From an uncultured Spirochaetota bacterium (GTDB taxonomy: Bacteria; Spirochaetota; UBA4802; UBA5368), in the NCBI GenBank assembly GCA_963762305.1, contig CAVXKM010000001.1, positions 752,316 through 816,315 on the forward strand: a stretch of DNA of 64,000 bases. Reading direction: 5' to 3'. Positions within the stretch are counted from its first letter, which is position 1; every line of letters begins with the position of its first letter. The translations under genes were made by a program, and so were the position numbers. The notes beneath the pieces are model-generated. The model made no database searches. It was given only the letters and a program-made list of their open reading frames with translations, and was not told the origin of the DNA. Below are positions 39,258-48,529 of this stretch, in pieces.

Positions 39258-41109
39258 CGCGGACGGACCACGGACGCAGAGGCTTGCGGAGCTCAGGAAA
39301 ATAAGCAAAAGCATCGCGGCCAAGCCAGTACTGTACGATATACTGGTGCTCATCGGCGTTTTTGTCTTCACGGCGGTGCTCATCATAGGCCTCTTTCCCC
39401 GCGATGAAGCGGGAGCGGGCGCAAGCAGGAATTTTTTCCTGTACTCCATGATGGCCGTGCCGTTCATCGTCGCCGTTTACATAATCATCATATCGTTCAG
39501 AAGAAGGCTCGCCAGGGGCGATTCCAGGGCGGTGTTCAGCATCCGGATCAAGATAGCCCTGGCCTTCGTGTTCGTCGCGATTCTTCCTTCGCTCCCCATC
39601 ATCCTTGTTTCAAACAATATAATCAACCACATGATCTCGGACCTGATCACGGAAAAGACGGCAGGGGCGCTGGAAGAGTCGATCAGGATGTCGAGAGAGT
39701 CCATCTCCCAGCGCCACGAAGAGATAAGGGCCGAGCTGGTTTCCCTCGACGGGGAGATCAGGACCGGCATTCTCACGCTGGGCTCGCCCGGGGGCAGGGA
39801 GGCCGTGTCGCGCATCTACGGGAGAAGGGGATACGGGGTCCTCTTTTACTATCTCCCGCCCGGGGAATCATCGTCGCGCGTCCCCGTCGGACTTGAGAAC
39901 GCGGGCGCCGAATACGCCGCCGATATCGCCTCGTTCCTGGGCGCCGTTCGGCCTGCCGAGGATTACGGCGTTTTCAGCGTGTCCGTCAATCAATCATCGC
40001 TCCTCCTGGGCGCCATGCGCCGGGGACCGGTGCTCGTGACGCTGTACTACCGGATACCCGGAAAGGTGTTCGACCGGATCTCGCTCTTCGAGGAATCGCT
40101 GGGCCGGTACAAGGAACGGGAGTACCTGAAGAGCTACTTCCGGACCGGCGCGGGCATCTTCCTTCTCATACTCGCGATTTTCATAGTCGTGCTCTCCGTT
40201 CTCGCCAGCCTCCTTCTGTCGAAGAACATAACCCGGCCGGTCCTCGAGCTGGAGGAGGCCGCGCGCAGCGTCGCCGCGGGGAACTTCAACATCGCCCTCA
40301 AGCGGGAGTCGCCGGACGAGCTGGCGCTGCTCTTCAGCTCCTTCAATAAAATGATAAAGCAGCTCGAGGAGAGCAGGAAAGCGATGTACCACATGCAGAA
40401 GCTGGAGGCGTGGCGCGAGGTCGCCAGGAAGCTGGTGCACGAGATAAGGAACCCGCTCACGCCCATACGGCTCTCCGCCGAGAGGATCCAGAAGCGCTAC
40501 AGGGAGGGTAATCCCGGCATCAGCGAGATCATCATAAACGGCACGAACACGATCATCGAGGAGGTGGACGTGCTCATGGCCATCCTTGGCGAGTTCTCCC
40601 GCTTTGCCCGCCTGCCGGAGATGAACCCCCTCAACGAGGATTTAAACGCCAGCATCGAGAACTGCGTGAATTTTTTCCACGGGCACGAAAAGGTCACCTT
40701 CCACCTCGACCTCGACCGTTCGATGCCTCCGGTGTATTTCGACAAGATGCTCCTTCGCCAGGCCTTCACCAATATCATTCAGAATTCAATTGACGCGATC
40801 GGGGAAAAGGGGAATATTTACATCCAATCGCGGCTCGTCAAGGGAGACGGCGCCGGCGTGGCCTCGATAAGCCTCCGGGACGACGGGGCGGGAATAAAAC
40901 CGGAAGACATGGAAAAGATATTCGAGCCCACGTATTCCACGAAGGCGCACGGCACGGGGCTCGGGCTCACCATCGTGGAAAAAATTATACTCGAGCACAG
41001 GGGAAGGATATCGTGCCGTTCCCGGGTCGGGGAGGGGACGGAGTTCACCATAGAATTGCCGCTTTCTGCGCGGGACGGTGAGGCCGATGGCAAGAGTGCT
41101 CGTGGTTGA
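39250..41109 (+). CDS. NtrY-like sensor histidine kinase (TM-HAMP-HisKA-HATPase)
   Basis: 619 aa. TM helices, HAMP (ITRPVLELEEAARSVAAGNF), H-box LVHEIRNPLTPI, and G-boxes DDGAGI and GTGLGL. Confidence 0.85.
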   Translation: MRDADGPRTQRLAELRKISKSIAAKPVLYDILVLIGVFVFTAVLIIGLFPRDEAGAGASRNFFLYSMMAVPFIVAVYIIIISFRRRLARGDSRAVFSIRIKIALAFVFVAILPSLPIILVSNNIINHMISDLITEKTAGALEESIRMSRESISQRHEEIRAELVSLDGEIRTGILTLGSPGGREAVSRIYGRRGYGVLFYYLPPGESSSRVPVGLENAGAEYAADIASFLGAVRPAEDYGVFSVSVNQSSLLLGAMRRGPVLVTLYYRIPGKVFDRISLFEESLGRYKEREYLKSYFRTGAGIFLLILAIFIVVLSVLASLLLSKNITRPVLELEEAARSVAAGNFNIALKRESPDELALLFSSFNKMIKQLEESRKAMYHMQKLEAWREVARKLVHEIRNPLTPIRLSAERIQKRYREGNPGISEIIINGTNTIIEEVDVLMAILGEFSRFARLPEMNPLNEDLNASIENCVNFFHGHEKVTFHLDLDRSMPPVYFDKMLLRQAFTNIIQNSIDAIGEKGNIYIQSRLVKGDGAGVASISLRDDGAGIKPEDMEKIFEPTYSTKAHGTGLGLTIVEKIILEHRGRISCRSRVGEGTEFTIELPLSARDGEADGKSARG

Positions 41110-42449
41110 CGACGAGAGCAATATCATAAAGACGCTCAGCGCGATCCTCCAGGACGAGGGCCACGTGGTGTTTCCCTCGTCAAACGGCCAGGAGGCCCTC
41201 TCGTTCCTCCGTAAAAACGAGGTGGACCTCGTGTTCCTGGACGTGTGGCTGCCCGACACGGACGGCCTGGAGGTCCTCGGAAGGATCAAGCAGATAAATC
41301 CCGAAACGTCGGTGATCATGATCTCCGGCCACGGTTCCATCGACATCGCCGTCAAATCCACCAAGATGGGAGCCTTCGATTTTCTCGAAAAGCCGCCTTC
41401 CATGGAGCGGATCATCACCTCGCTCAACAACGCCCTGGAACAGATACGGCTGCGCCGTGAAAACATACAGCTTCGCCGGGAGGTCTTCCAGGAGGACGAG
41501 ATGGTCGGCGCCTCCCCCGCAATGGATGAGATCAGGAAGGTCATCGAGACGGCGGCGGCCACCAACGCGCGGGTCTTCATCACCGGGGGCAACGGCACCG
41601 GCAAGGAGCTCGTCGCCCGCGCCATCTTCAGGAAATCCCGTAGGTCGGACAAGCCCTTCATAAAGGTAAACTGCGCCGCGATCCCCAACGAGCTCATAGA
41701 GAGCGAGCTTTTCGGCCACGAGAAGGGGGCCTTCACCGGCGCGCTGTCGCGGAGGCTCGGCAAGTTCGAGCTGGCCAACACGGGCACCATCTTCCTGGAC
41801 GAGGTCTGCGACATGAGCGCCAGCGCCCAGGCGAAGGTGCTGCGCGTCCTGCAGGAGCAGCAGTTCGAGAGGGTGGGAGGATCGGAGACCATCACCGTTG
41901 ACACGCGGGTCATTTCCGCAACCAACATCGACATCAGGCGCGCCATCGAGGACGGCAGCTTCCGCGAGGACCTTTTTTACCGCCTCAATGTGATACCCAT
42001 ACGGGTTCCGCCGCTCTCCGAGCGCCGCGAGGATATTCCCCTGCTGGTCGGGTATTTCCTGGAAAAATTCTCCAAGGAGCACGGGGTCGGGAACAAGGAG
42101 ATCTCGCCGGAGGCAATGGGATTTCTCATGAGAGCATCCGTGGCAGGGGAACATCCGCGAGCTCAAGAACGTGGTTGAACGCCTCACGATAATGGTGCCC
42201 AGGGAGACCATCGACCTCCGCGAAATCAAAAAGCACATGGAGTCCCACGACCTGGCCGCGGCGATTTCGGGGAACGCGTCGTCGCTGAAAAAGGCGAGGG
42301 ACGATTTCGAGAGGGAATACATCCTCAAGGCGCTCCTGAAAAACGACCGCAACGTCACCGCGACCGCCAGGGAACTGGGGATCGAGCGGACGAACCTGCA
42401 CCGCAAGATCAAGCAATACGGGATAGACGTCGAAAGGCAGGAGAGGTAA
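41087..42449 (+). pseudogene. Sigma-54-dependent response regulator (NtrX/NtrC-like), frame interrupted by a 1-nt insertion near 42129..42134
   Basis: REC (LVVDDE...LDVWLPDTDG) and AAA+ (GGNGTGKE, ESELFGHEKGAFTGA) lie in frame 2 up to ...EAMGFLM. The conserved continuation EHPWQGNIRELKNVVERL plus the Fis-type HTH (ATARELGIERTNLHRKIKQYG) is in frame 0, open from 42132 to 42449. Listed ORFs 41078..42178 and 42171..42449 are the two halves. Confidence 0.8.
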
Positions 42450-42460
42450 AGGGGGCGCGC

Positions 42461-43105
42461 ATGGACAGTGTGAGACAGGAACTCGCGCGCTGGATGGCCG
42501 GCGGAGGCGCCGGGAGAATCCCCCTCTTCCGCGGCGACGAGGAGAGGGCCTTCTTGCTGCGCTTCCTCGAGGGGCCCCCGGCGAGCGACCGGGGCCCGGG
42601 GAACCCGCTTCACGACATGATACAGCGCTGCACCCTGTGCGGCGGCATTCTCGAGAAAAAGACGCCCTACGGGAGCGGGGAGAACGGCCTCATGGTCATC
42701 CTCAGCCCCCCGGCGATGCTCGGCGCCGGGGACAGGAGGAAATACCGGAAAGAGGCGGCCGCCCTGGTGAGGAAGATGCTCGAGGCGATCGGGGCGGACC
42801 CGGACAAGTGCCATATCACCAGCCTTATCAAGTGCGAATCCGATGACCTGCTCAGCAAGCCGAGCTTCATGTTCACGAACTGCGCGAAAATCTTGCAGAA
42901 GGAGATCGCCGCGGTAAACCCGCGCATGGTCATCATGATGGGCGACCTTGTCCCGCTGAAGAGGATCGTGGAGGCCCACAAGGCCATTTCCTGGTTCTCG
43001 GTCGATCATCCCGTGTCCCTGTTGAAAAATCCCGAGCTCAAGAAGAAGGCCTGGAACACGCTCAAGCTGGCGCGAGACAGGCTCCGTACGAGCGATCCCT
43101 CGTAG
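42461..43105 (+). CDS. Uracil-DNA glycosylase superfamily protein (family 4/5-like, non-canonical motif A)
   Basis: 214 aa. N-terminal CTLCGG, LMVILSPPA in place of GEAPG, further Cys residues (LIKCES, TNCAKI), and a C-terminal HPVSLLKNP motif-B-like segment. Confidence 0.65.
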   Translation: MDSVRQELARWMAGGGAGRIPLFRGDEERAFLLRFLEGPPASDRGPGNPLHDMIQRCTLCGGILEKKTPYGSGENGLMVILSPPAMLGAGDRRKYRKEAAALVRKMLEAIGADPDKCHITSLIKCESDDLLSKPSFMFTNCAKILQKEIAAVNPRMVIMMGDLVPLKRIVEAHKAISWFSVDHPVSLLKNPELKKKAWNTLKLARDRLRTSDPS

Positions 43106-43151
43106 ACGCCCCGCGCGGCGTCATCCCGGCAATGTCCCCTGGAGTCACGAA

Positions 43152-45113
43152 ATGAAGTACGCGGACGTGTATGTCGGGTATCCCGTCGAAGGCTCCTTCA
43201 CCTATGCGGTCCCGGAGGGGGTATCCGTGCTTCCCGGCACGCGGGTCGGTGTTGATTTCAATAACCGTCCGGCCCTCGCGTTCGTCCACCGCGTTCATTC
43301 GGAGCCGCCGGCCGGCATCGAGATTAAAAGCATCTCCGGGGTCGTGGACACGGAGCCGATCTTCGATTCACGCCTGCTGGACCTGTGCTCGTACATGGCC
43401 GACAACTATTTCTGCACCATGGGCGAAGCGCTTGCCATGGCGCTCCCCTCGGGCAGGAGCGCCTCGGCCAGGTTCAAGCATCCCTCCGCGCCGCCCGCGG
43501 GGAGCGGGCGCACGCTCACCGAGGAACAGCGCGTCGTGTTTGAAAACATCGCGCAGGCCGGGGATGACCGCACCGGCGGCCATCTCATCTTCGGCATCAC
43601 CGGGAGCGGAAAAACCGAGATCTACATGGAGCTGGCGGAGCGCCTCATCCGGGAAAACAGGTCGGTCATCTACCTGGTGCCTGAAATCTCGCTCTCGTCG
43701 CAGATCTTCACACGGCTCCACGCCGTCTTCGGCGAGGAGCTCATCGTTTATCACAGCCAGCTCACCCCGCAGCAGCGCCTCCACAGCTGGCTGAGGTTTT
43801 ACCGCGGCGAATCGAGGATTGCCGTGGGGACGCGGTCCGCGGTGTTCCTGCAGTGCCCCGGCCTGGGGCTCATCGTCGTCGACGAGGAGCATGATCCGTC
43901 CTACAAGGAGCACAGCACGCCGCGCTACAACGCGCGCCGCATCGCGCTCTACAGGAGCAGGAAGGAGGGTGCCCTTCTCGTCATGGGCTCCGCGACGCCC
44001 TCCATCGAGTCGCTGTACTCTGCGGAGCGGGGGATGCTGAGGCTCCATGTCCTTAAAGGGCGCTTCGGTGAGGCCGCGCTCCCCCCCGTGGAGGTCGTAC
44101 GGATCAGGCCCGGCAAGCCCGCCGAGCTCCTCTCGTCGATCCTGAAGCTCCACAGCAAGCGGGCGCTGGATGACGGGCGGCAGGTCATCTACCTGCTCAA
44201 CCGGCGGGGCTTCGCCCCCTTCGTGCTGTGCGAAAGCTGCGGAGACGTCCCGGGGTGCCCCCGCTGCAGCGTGGGACTGAACTTTCACCGGGACGGGAGC
44301 CTGCTGTGCCACCTGTGCGGGTACCGGCGGCGAATGCCGGAGAACTGCGGGAAATGCGGTTCCGACGGGCTCGTCCGGGTCGGGTCGGGGACCCAGCGGA
44401 TCGAGGACCTGGTGGGCTCTACCTTTCCCACCAGTCGGATCTTCAGGCTGGACCAGGACAGCTCCCGCAAAAAGGGCACCGGCTTCCGCATGGTCGAAAT
44501 GATGAACCGGGGCGAGGTGGACATATTGCTGGGCACGCAGATGGTGGCCAAGGGGTTTGATTTTCACAACGTGGCCCTTGTCGGCGTGATCCTCGCCGAC
44601 ATCGGGATAAACCTACCCGACTTCAGGGCGCCGGAGCGGATTTTTTCCCTTCTCCTGCAGGTGGCGGGGCGGTGCGGGCGCGGCGCCGTGCCCGGCAGGG
44701 TGATCGTGCAGACCTTCAATGACGATCATTACATTTTCAGTTTTTTGAAAAACCACGACTACCACGGGTTTTACCGGCACGAGCTGGAGATGCGGAAGGC
44801 GATGGACTACCCTCCCTTCTCGAGGCTGGTGCGCCTGCTCGCGCGGGGAGCCAGGGAGGAGCGGGTGTCCGGCGCCATCGAGGCGGTCGGCCTGCGCCTC
44901 AAGGATCTCATCGAGCGGGAAGGGCTGAAGGCGACCCTGCTCGGACCGTCGCAGGCCCCCCTGGGAAAGATCGCGCGCAACTTCCGCTACCACCTCATCC
45001 TCAAGTCGCGCAGCCTCGAGGACCTTCGCAGGCTCGCGCGGGCAGCGCGCGAAAGCGCGCTTCCCGGCGGCGTGTACCTCGAGATGGACGTCGACCCCGT
45101 CGACATGCTCTGA
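43152..45113 (+). CDS. priA: Primosomal protein N' (replication restart helicase PriA)
   Basis: 653 aa. Walker A GITGSGKTE, DEEHD, and a Cys-rich zinc region CESCGDVPGCPRCSVGLNFHRDGSLLCHLCG...CGKCGS. Confidence 0.9.
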   Translation: MKYADVYVGYPVEGSFTYAVPEGVSVLPGTRVGVDFNNRPALAFVHRVHSEPPAGIEIKSISGVVDTEPIFDSRLLDLCSYMADNYFCTMGEALAMALPSGRSASARFKHPSAPPAGSGRTLTEEQRVVFENIAQAGDDRTGGHLIFGITGSGKTEIYMELAERLIRENRSVIYLVPEISLSSQIFTRLHAVFGEELIVYHSQLTPQQRLHSWLRFYRGESRIAVGTRSAVFLQCPGLGLIVVDEEHDPSYKEHSTPRYNARRIALYRSRKEGALLVMGSATPSIESLYSAERGMLRLHVLKGRFGEAALPPVEVVRIRPGKPAELLSSILKLHSKRALDDGRQVIYLLNRRGFAPFVLCESCGDVPGCPRCSVGLNFHRDGSLLCHLCGYRRRMPENCGKCGSDGLVRVGSGTQRIEDLVGSTFPTSRIFRLDQDSSRKKGTGFRMVEMMNRGEVDILLGTQMVAKGFDFHNVALVGVILADIGINLPDFRAPERIFSLLLQVAGRCGRGAVPGRVIVQTFNDDHYIFSFLKNHDYHGFYRHELEMRKAMDYPPFSRLVRLLARGAREERVSGAIEAVGLRLKDLIEREGLKATLLGPSQAPLGKIARNFRYHLILKSRSLEDLRRLARAARESALPGGVYLEMDVDPVDML

Positions 45114-45125
45114 CGGGCGCCTTTT

Positions 45126-46337
45126 TCATTCCGACAGCAGGCGCCCGACCAATTGGACAAGGACCTCATCCGGCGGCACGCCTTCTATTCTCCTGCCGTT
45201 GATAAACAGGGTCGGCGTGGCGGTGACGCGGTACCTCCGTGCCAGTTCGAGGTCCCGGGACAGCAGGGCGCCGGTTGCCCCGGAACGGAGCGCCGTTGAA
45301 AACGCCCGCGGGTCCGCAAGGCCCGACGACAGCGCGACGGCGAACCGCTCCGTGTACGGCCGCGCGCGGGAGACGCCGTCGAAGTGCCGGCGCAGGTAGG
45401 ACGGGAATATGCCGATCGAGCCGGCGGCGATCATCGCCCGCGAGGCGGTGCAGGAGCCGGGATAGCGGGAGTTGCGCACCATCGGGTTGCACGAGCTGTC
45501 GAGGGGATAGTTGAAATGCGCGACGGACAGGCGTTCCCTGTACCGGGCCAGGAGTTTTCGTTCCGCGCCGTAAAACTGGAAGCAGGCGCCGCAGAGGAAG
45601 TCGGTGAAGACGACGATCCTGACGGGGGCGTTCCTTTTCCCGAAGTGAAGCCCGCTCCCGGGTATTTCGATGCGTTCGGGCGCCGCCGAGAGAAGCGCTC
45701 TCACCTGCTCGTCGAGCTGCTCCGCCGGGAGCGACCCCTGCGAGGTCCTTTCCTTCAGGACGGCGCTGGAGGAGAGCACGGTGAGGAAAAGCAGGAAACC
45801 GAAAATGACATACAGGGCCAGGGCGGCCTTCCTGTGGGGTGAATCCGCCGACTCCTCCCGGCAGAAGGCGGGCAGGGAACGGACGGAGAGCCCCTCTGTT
45901 TTCATGATATGCCTGAGCCAGAGGAGGGATGCGGCGAAGAGGCCGATGTTCACCCCGTAGGTGAATACGCACAGCGTGCAGAACTCGCCGAGCCTGTACA
46001 TGATCGCCGCCAGGACGGCGTCCGCGGCGAGCCCGGCGGCGTTCAGGGGCACGAGAACAAGCGCCGCGTAGAGGAAGTAGGGCCCCGAGGCGTAGTCGGC
46101 CACGAGCAGGGTGAAGATGATGAAGAGGTAGAAGGAAAGCCCGTAAGCGGCCACGGGGATTCCGAGGAACACCGCGAAGTCCGAATGGTTGACGGCGAAG
46201 CACGGGTCCGCGATCCCTTCGCCGCAGGCGATGACGCGGCCGTGAAGGTCGGGAATGTAATGCCCCATGAGCAGTAGCAGGGAGAGGACGGCGCCGACGC
46301 ACGAAAGAGCGATGAGCGATAACTGGTACTTTTTCAT
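45126..46337 (-). CDS. VKOR (vitamin K epoxide reductase) domain fused to thioredoxin/DsbA-like domain
   Basis: 403 aa. Five TM with loop Cys pair and membrane CxxC (FCTLCVF). C-terminal Trx-like domain with FLCGACFQ. Confidence 0.8.
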   Translation of the reverse strand: MKKYQLSLIALSCVGAVLSLLLLMGHYIPDLHGRVIACGEGIADPCFAVNHSDFAVFLGIPVAAYGLSFYLFIIFTLLVADYASGPYFLYAALVLVPLNAAGLAADAVLAAIMYRLGEFCTLCVFTYGVNIGLFAASLLWLRHIMKTEGLSVRSLPAFCREESADSPHRKAALALYVIFGFLLFLTVLSSSAVLKERTSQGSLPAEQLDEQVRALLSAAPERIEIPGSGLHFGKRNAPVRIVVFTDFLCGACFQFYGAERKLLARYRERLSVAHFNYPLDSSCNPMVRNSRYPGSCTASRAMIAAGSIGIFPSYLRRHFDGVSRARPYTERFAVALSSGLADPRAFSTALRSGATGALLSRDLELARRYRVTATPTLFINGRRIEGVPPDEVLVQLVGRLLSE

Positions 46338-46356
46338 GTCCGCCCGCGCGCTCGTT

Positions 46357-48443
46357 TCATGTGTCCAGGCAGATGACGCATATGTCGTCTTCCACGATGT
46401 CGCTGCCGCGGTAAGCGTCCACCCGTTCGATGAGGGTGTTGAGGAAATCCCGGTGGGAGAGTCCCCGGAGCTCGATGATGGATTTTTTGATTATCTCCCG
46501 CTCGAAGATGTCGGCCTGCCCGCAGCTGTACCCCGGCTCCAGCAGGCCGTCGGTGTAGAAAATGAGCCGGCCCCGGGCGGGCAGGGCATGAGCGCAGTTC
46601 GTGTAGCTTTTATCAAGGGAAGCCAGTTTCTTGTTGTCGAAAATGGCCAGCGGGACGCTTTTCCCCCCTCCAGCGTCACGACGCCGTCGCCGTCCGCCAG
46701 GTACGGGGGGTAGTGGCCGGCGTTCGAGTAGGTGATGGTCCGCCGGTCGGGGTCGAAGACGCCGTAGAACGCGGTCACGAAATTTCCGCCCGTGCGGTGG
46801 ACCAGAAGGCCGTTCAGGTACGAGAGAAATTCCGCGGGGTCCGCGCGGTGGCTGCCGGCCTGCAGTATCATGCTCTTTATCATGGAGGTGATGAGCGCCG
46901 CGGGCACCCCATGGCCGGTAACGTCGCTGATGAAGATGCCCAGCCGCCGGGAATCGCGGAACCTGATAAAATCGAAAAAGTCCCCCCCGACGCTTTCCAT
47001 CGACTTGTATATGGCGTGCAGGTAAGGCACCGGGCTGGCATCGGGAACGAGCTGCTGCTGGATCTTCCTGGCCATCGCCAGCTCCTCCTCGATGGTGTCG
47101 TTTCGCAGCTTGAGCCGGTCTCTCTCCTCGTTGAGTTCCCGGGTGCGCTCCTGCACCATCTCCCCGAGGCTGTTCGCGTACCGTTCCAGCTTCCCGGCCA
47201 TGCCCTCGGCGTTCGAAAGCGCGCGGGAGAAGCGCATGGAAAGGATGACGGAATGCAGGAAGATGAAAATGAAGAGCCCGGACGGTATCAGGTACGCCGT
47301 CTGTATCAGCATGCGCGAGTGGAGGATGTCATTGATGAGCGCCATGAAAATGACGAGGAACCCGCAGAGGATGAGCGCGGCCCCTTCCCGATTGCGCGCA
47401 GCCGCGAGGATGAGCACGTAGAATATGTAGCCTCCCCCGACGGCGATGACCACCTGGAAGGGGTACAGCGCGCGGAAGAAGGCCGCCGCGGGCATGAAGA
47501 TCACAACCAGCGCGTAGATCGCGCCGAGCGCCAGGAAGGGCATGAGGACCCGCCGGCTGAACTCGTCTTTGTATAACGAGCGGACGAACAGCGCGAACAG
47601 TTGCGCGCCCAGCAGCGTGAGAAACTCCACCCTCAACGCCGCGTTCCAGCCCAGGCCAGGGAACAGTATGTATGCAGCCCTCTCCTCGGTGAGCAGGGTC
47701 CTCAGGGCGATGACCAGGCAGAAGAGCCCGAAGTACAGCGCCGACGGGTCCTTTCTTCTCAGCAGGAACAGCCCTATGTGATAGAAGCCCATTATGAGGA
47801 TGCTTCCCGTGAGAAAAAGGTCAAGGGAGAGACCGATGTTCCGGTCCCTGTCGACGGCGCGGCTGGGGCCGATCTTGACGCTCCTGAGTATCCCGCACGA
47901 GATGTCGCGGTAGTTGGACACCTGCATGACGAGTTCGATGTCCCCTCCCGCGTGGGCGAAGTATGCCGTGCGCGGGGTGTTGTTGTACCGCATCTCCTGG
48001 TCCGCGGCGGCGACCCTCCCGTGGTCCGATATCAAGGCGCCGTTCGCCCAGAGCCGGTGGGCGTGGTTCGCCTCGCGGACCCTCACGGCCAGGATCCCCC
48101 GGGGCCATCCGGTCCTGACAAGGAGCCGGTAGGTGGCGCAGCCCTCCGGGGGAAGCGCGCGTCCATCGAGGAGATAGGACCTCCAGGAGTCGGGGACGTG
48201 GGGGTAAAGGTCCGGTCTGGGGGGAGGGCCGGTCCGGAAATCACGGGGTCCGAGGAGGCGCCGCCAGTAAAATTCCCACTCGCCGTCAAGGCTCACGATG
48301 CCGTCCCTGTCGAGGTCCCACCCTGAAAGGTCAAGGACGCCGCCCTTCGCCCGCGCGGGTTTCCCGGACGGGGGAAGGGCGCAGGCATGGGACAACGCGA
48401 GGAGTCCGATAAGGCAGGAGAGTAGGGCTTGTCTCTTTATCAT
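46357..48443 (-). pseudogene. 7TMR-DISM sensor fused to PP2C (SpoIIE-type) phosphatase, frame broken at a C6/G6 homopolymer (46663..46668)
   Basis: Listed ORF 46491..48443 has a signal peptide, 7TMR-DISMED2-like LDLSGWDL...LDGEWEFYWRRLL, 7 TM, and PP2C up to YSNAGHYPPYL. After ...VVTLEGG it turns into low-complexity text. One frame over, the sequence reads GGKSVPLAIFDNKK...GRLIFYTDGLLEP...EDDICVICLDT* and ends at 46357, which is the expected PP2C C-terminus. Confidence 0.75.
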
Positions 48444-48529
48444 AGGCCGGCACGATCGATGTTCGTGATTATAGGGGACCGGACGGCGCGCGTCAAGACG
48501 AAAAGGCGCCCCGGGGTAAACGGCGCTCC

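Noticed and set aside
41180-43009. 609-aa minus-strand ORF across the sigma-54 activator and UDG-like genes
   Set aside because: It is antisense to two genes with clear family motifs, and its composition is typical of a GC-rich shadow ORF. The same reasoning applies to 43368..44567 (antisense to priA), 24959..26104 and 27947..29035.
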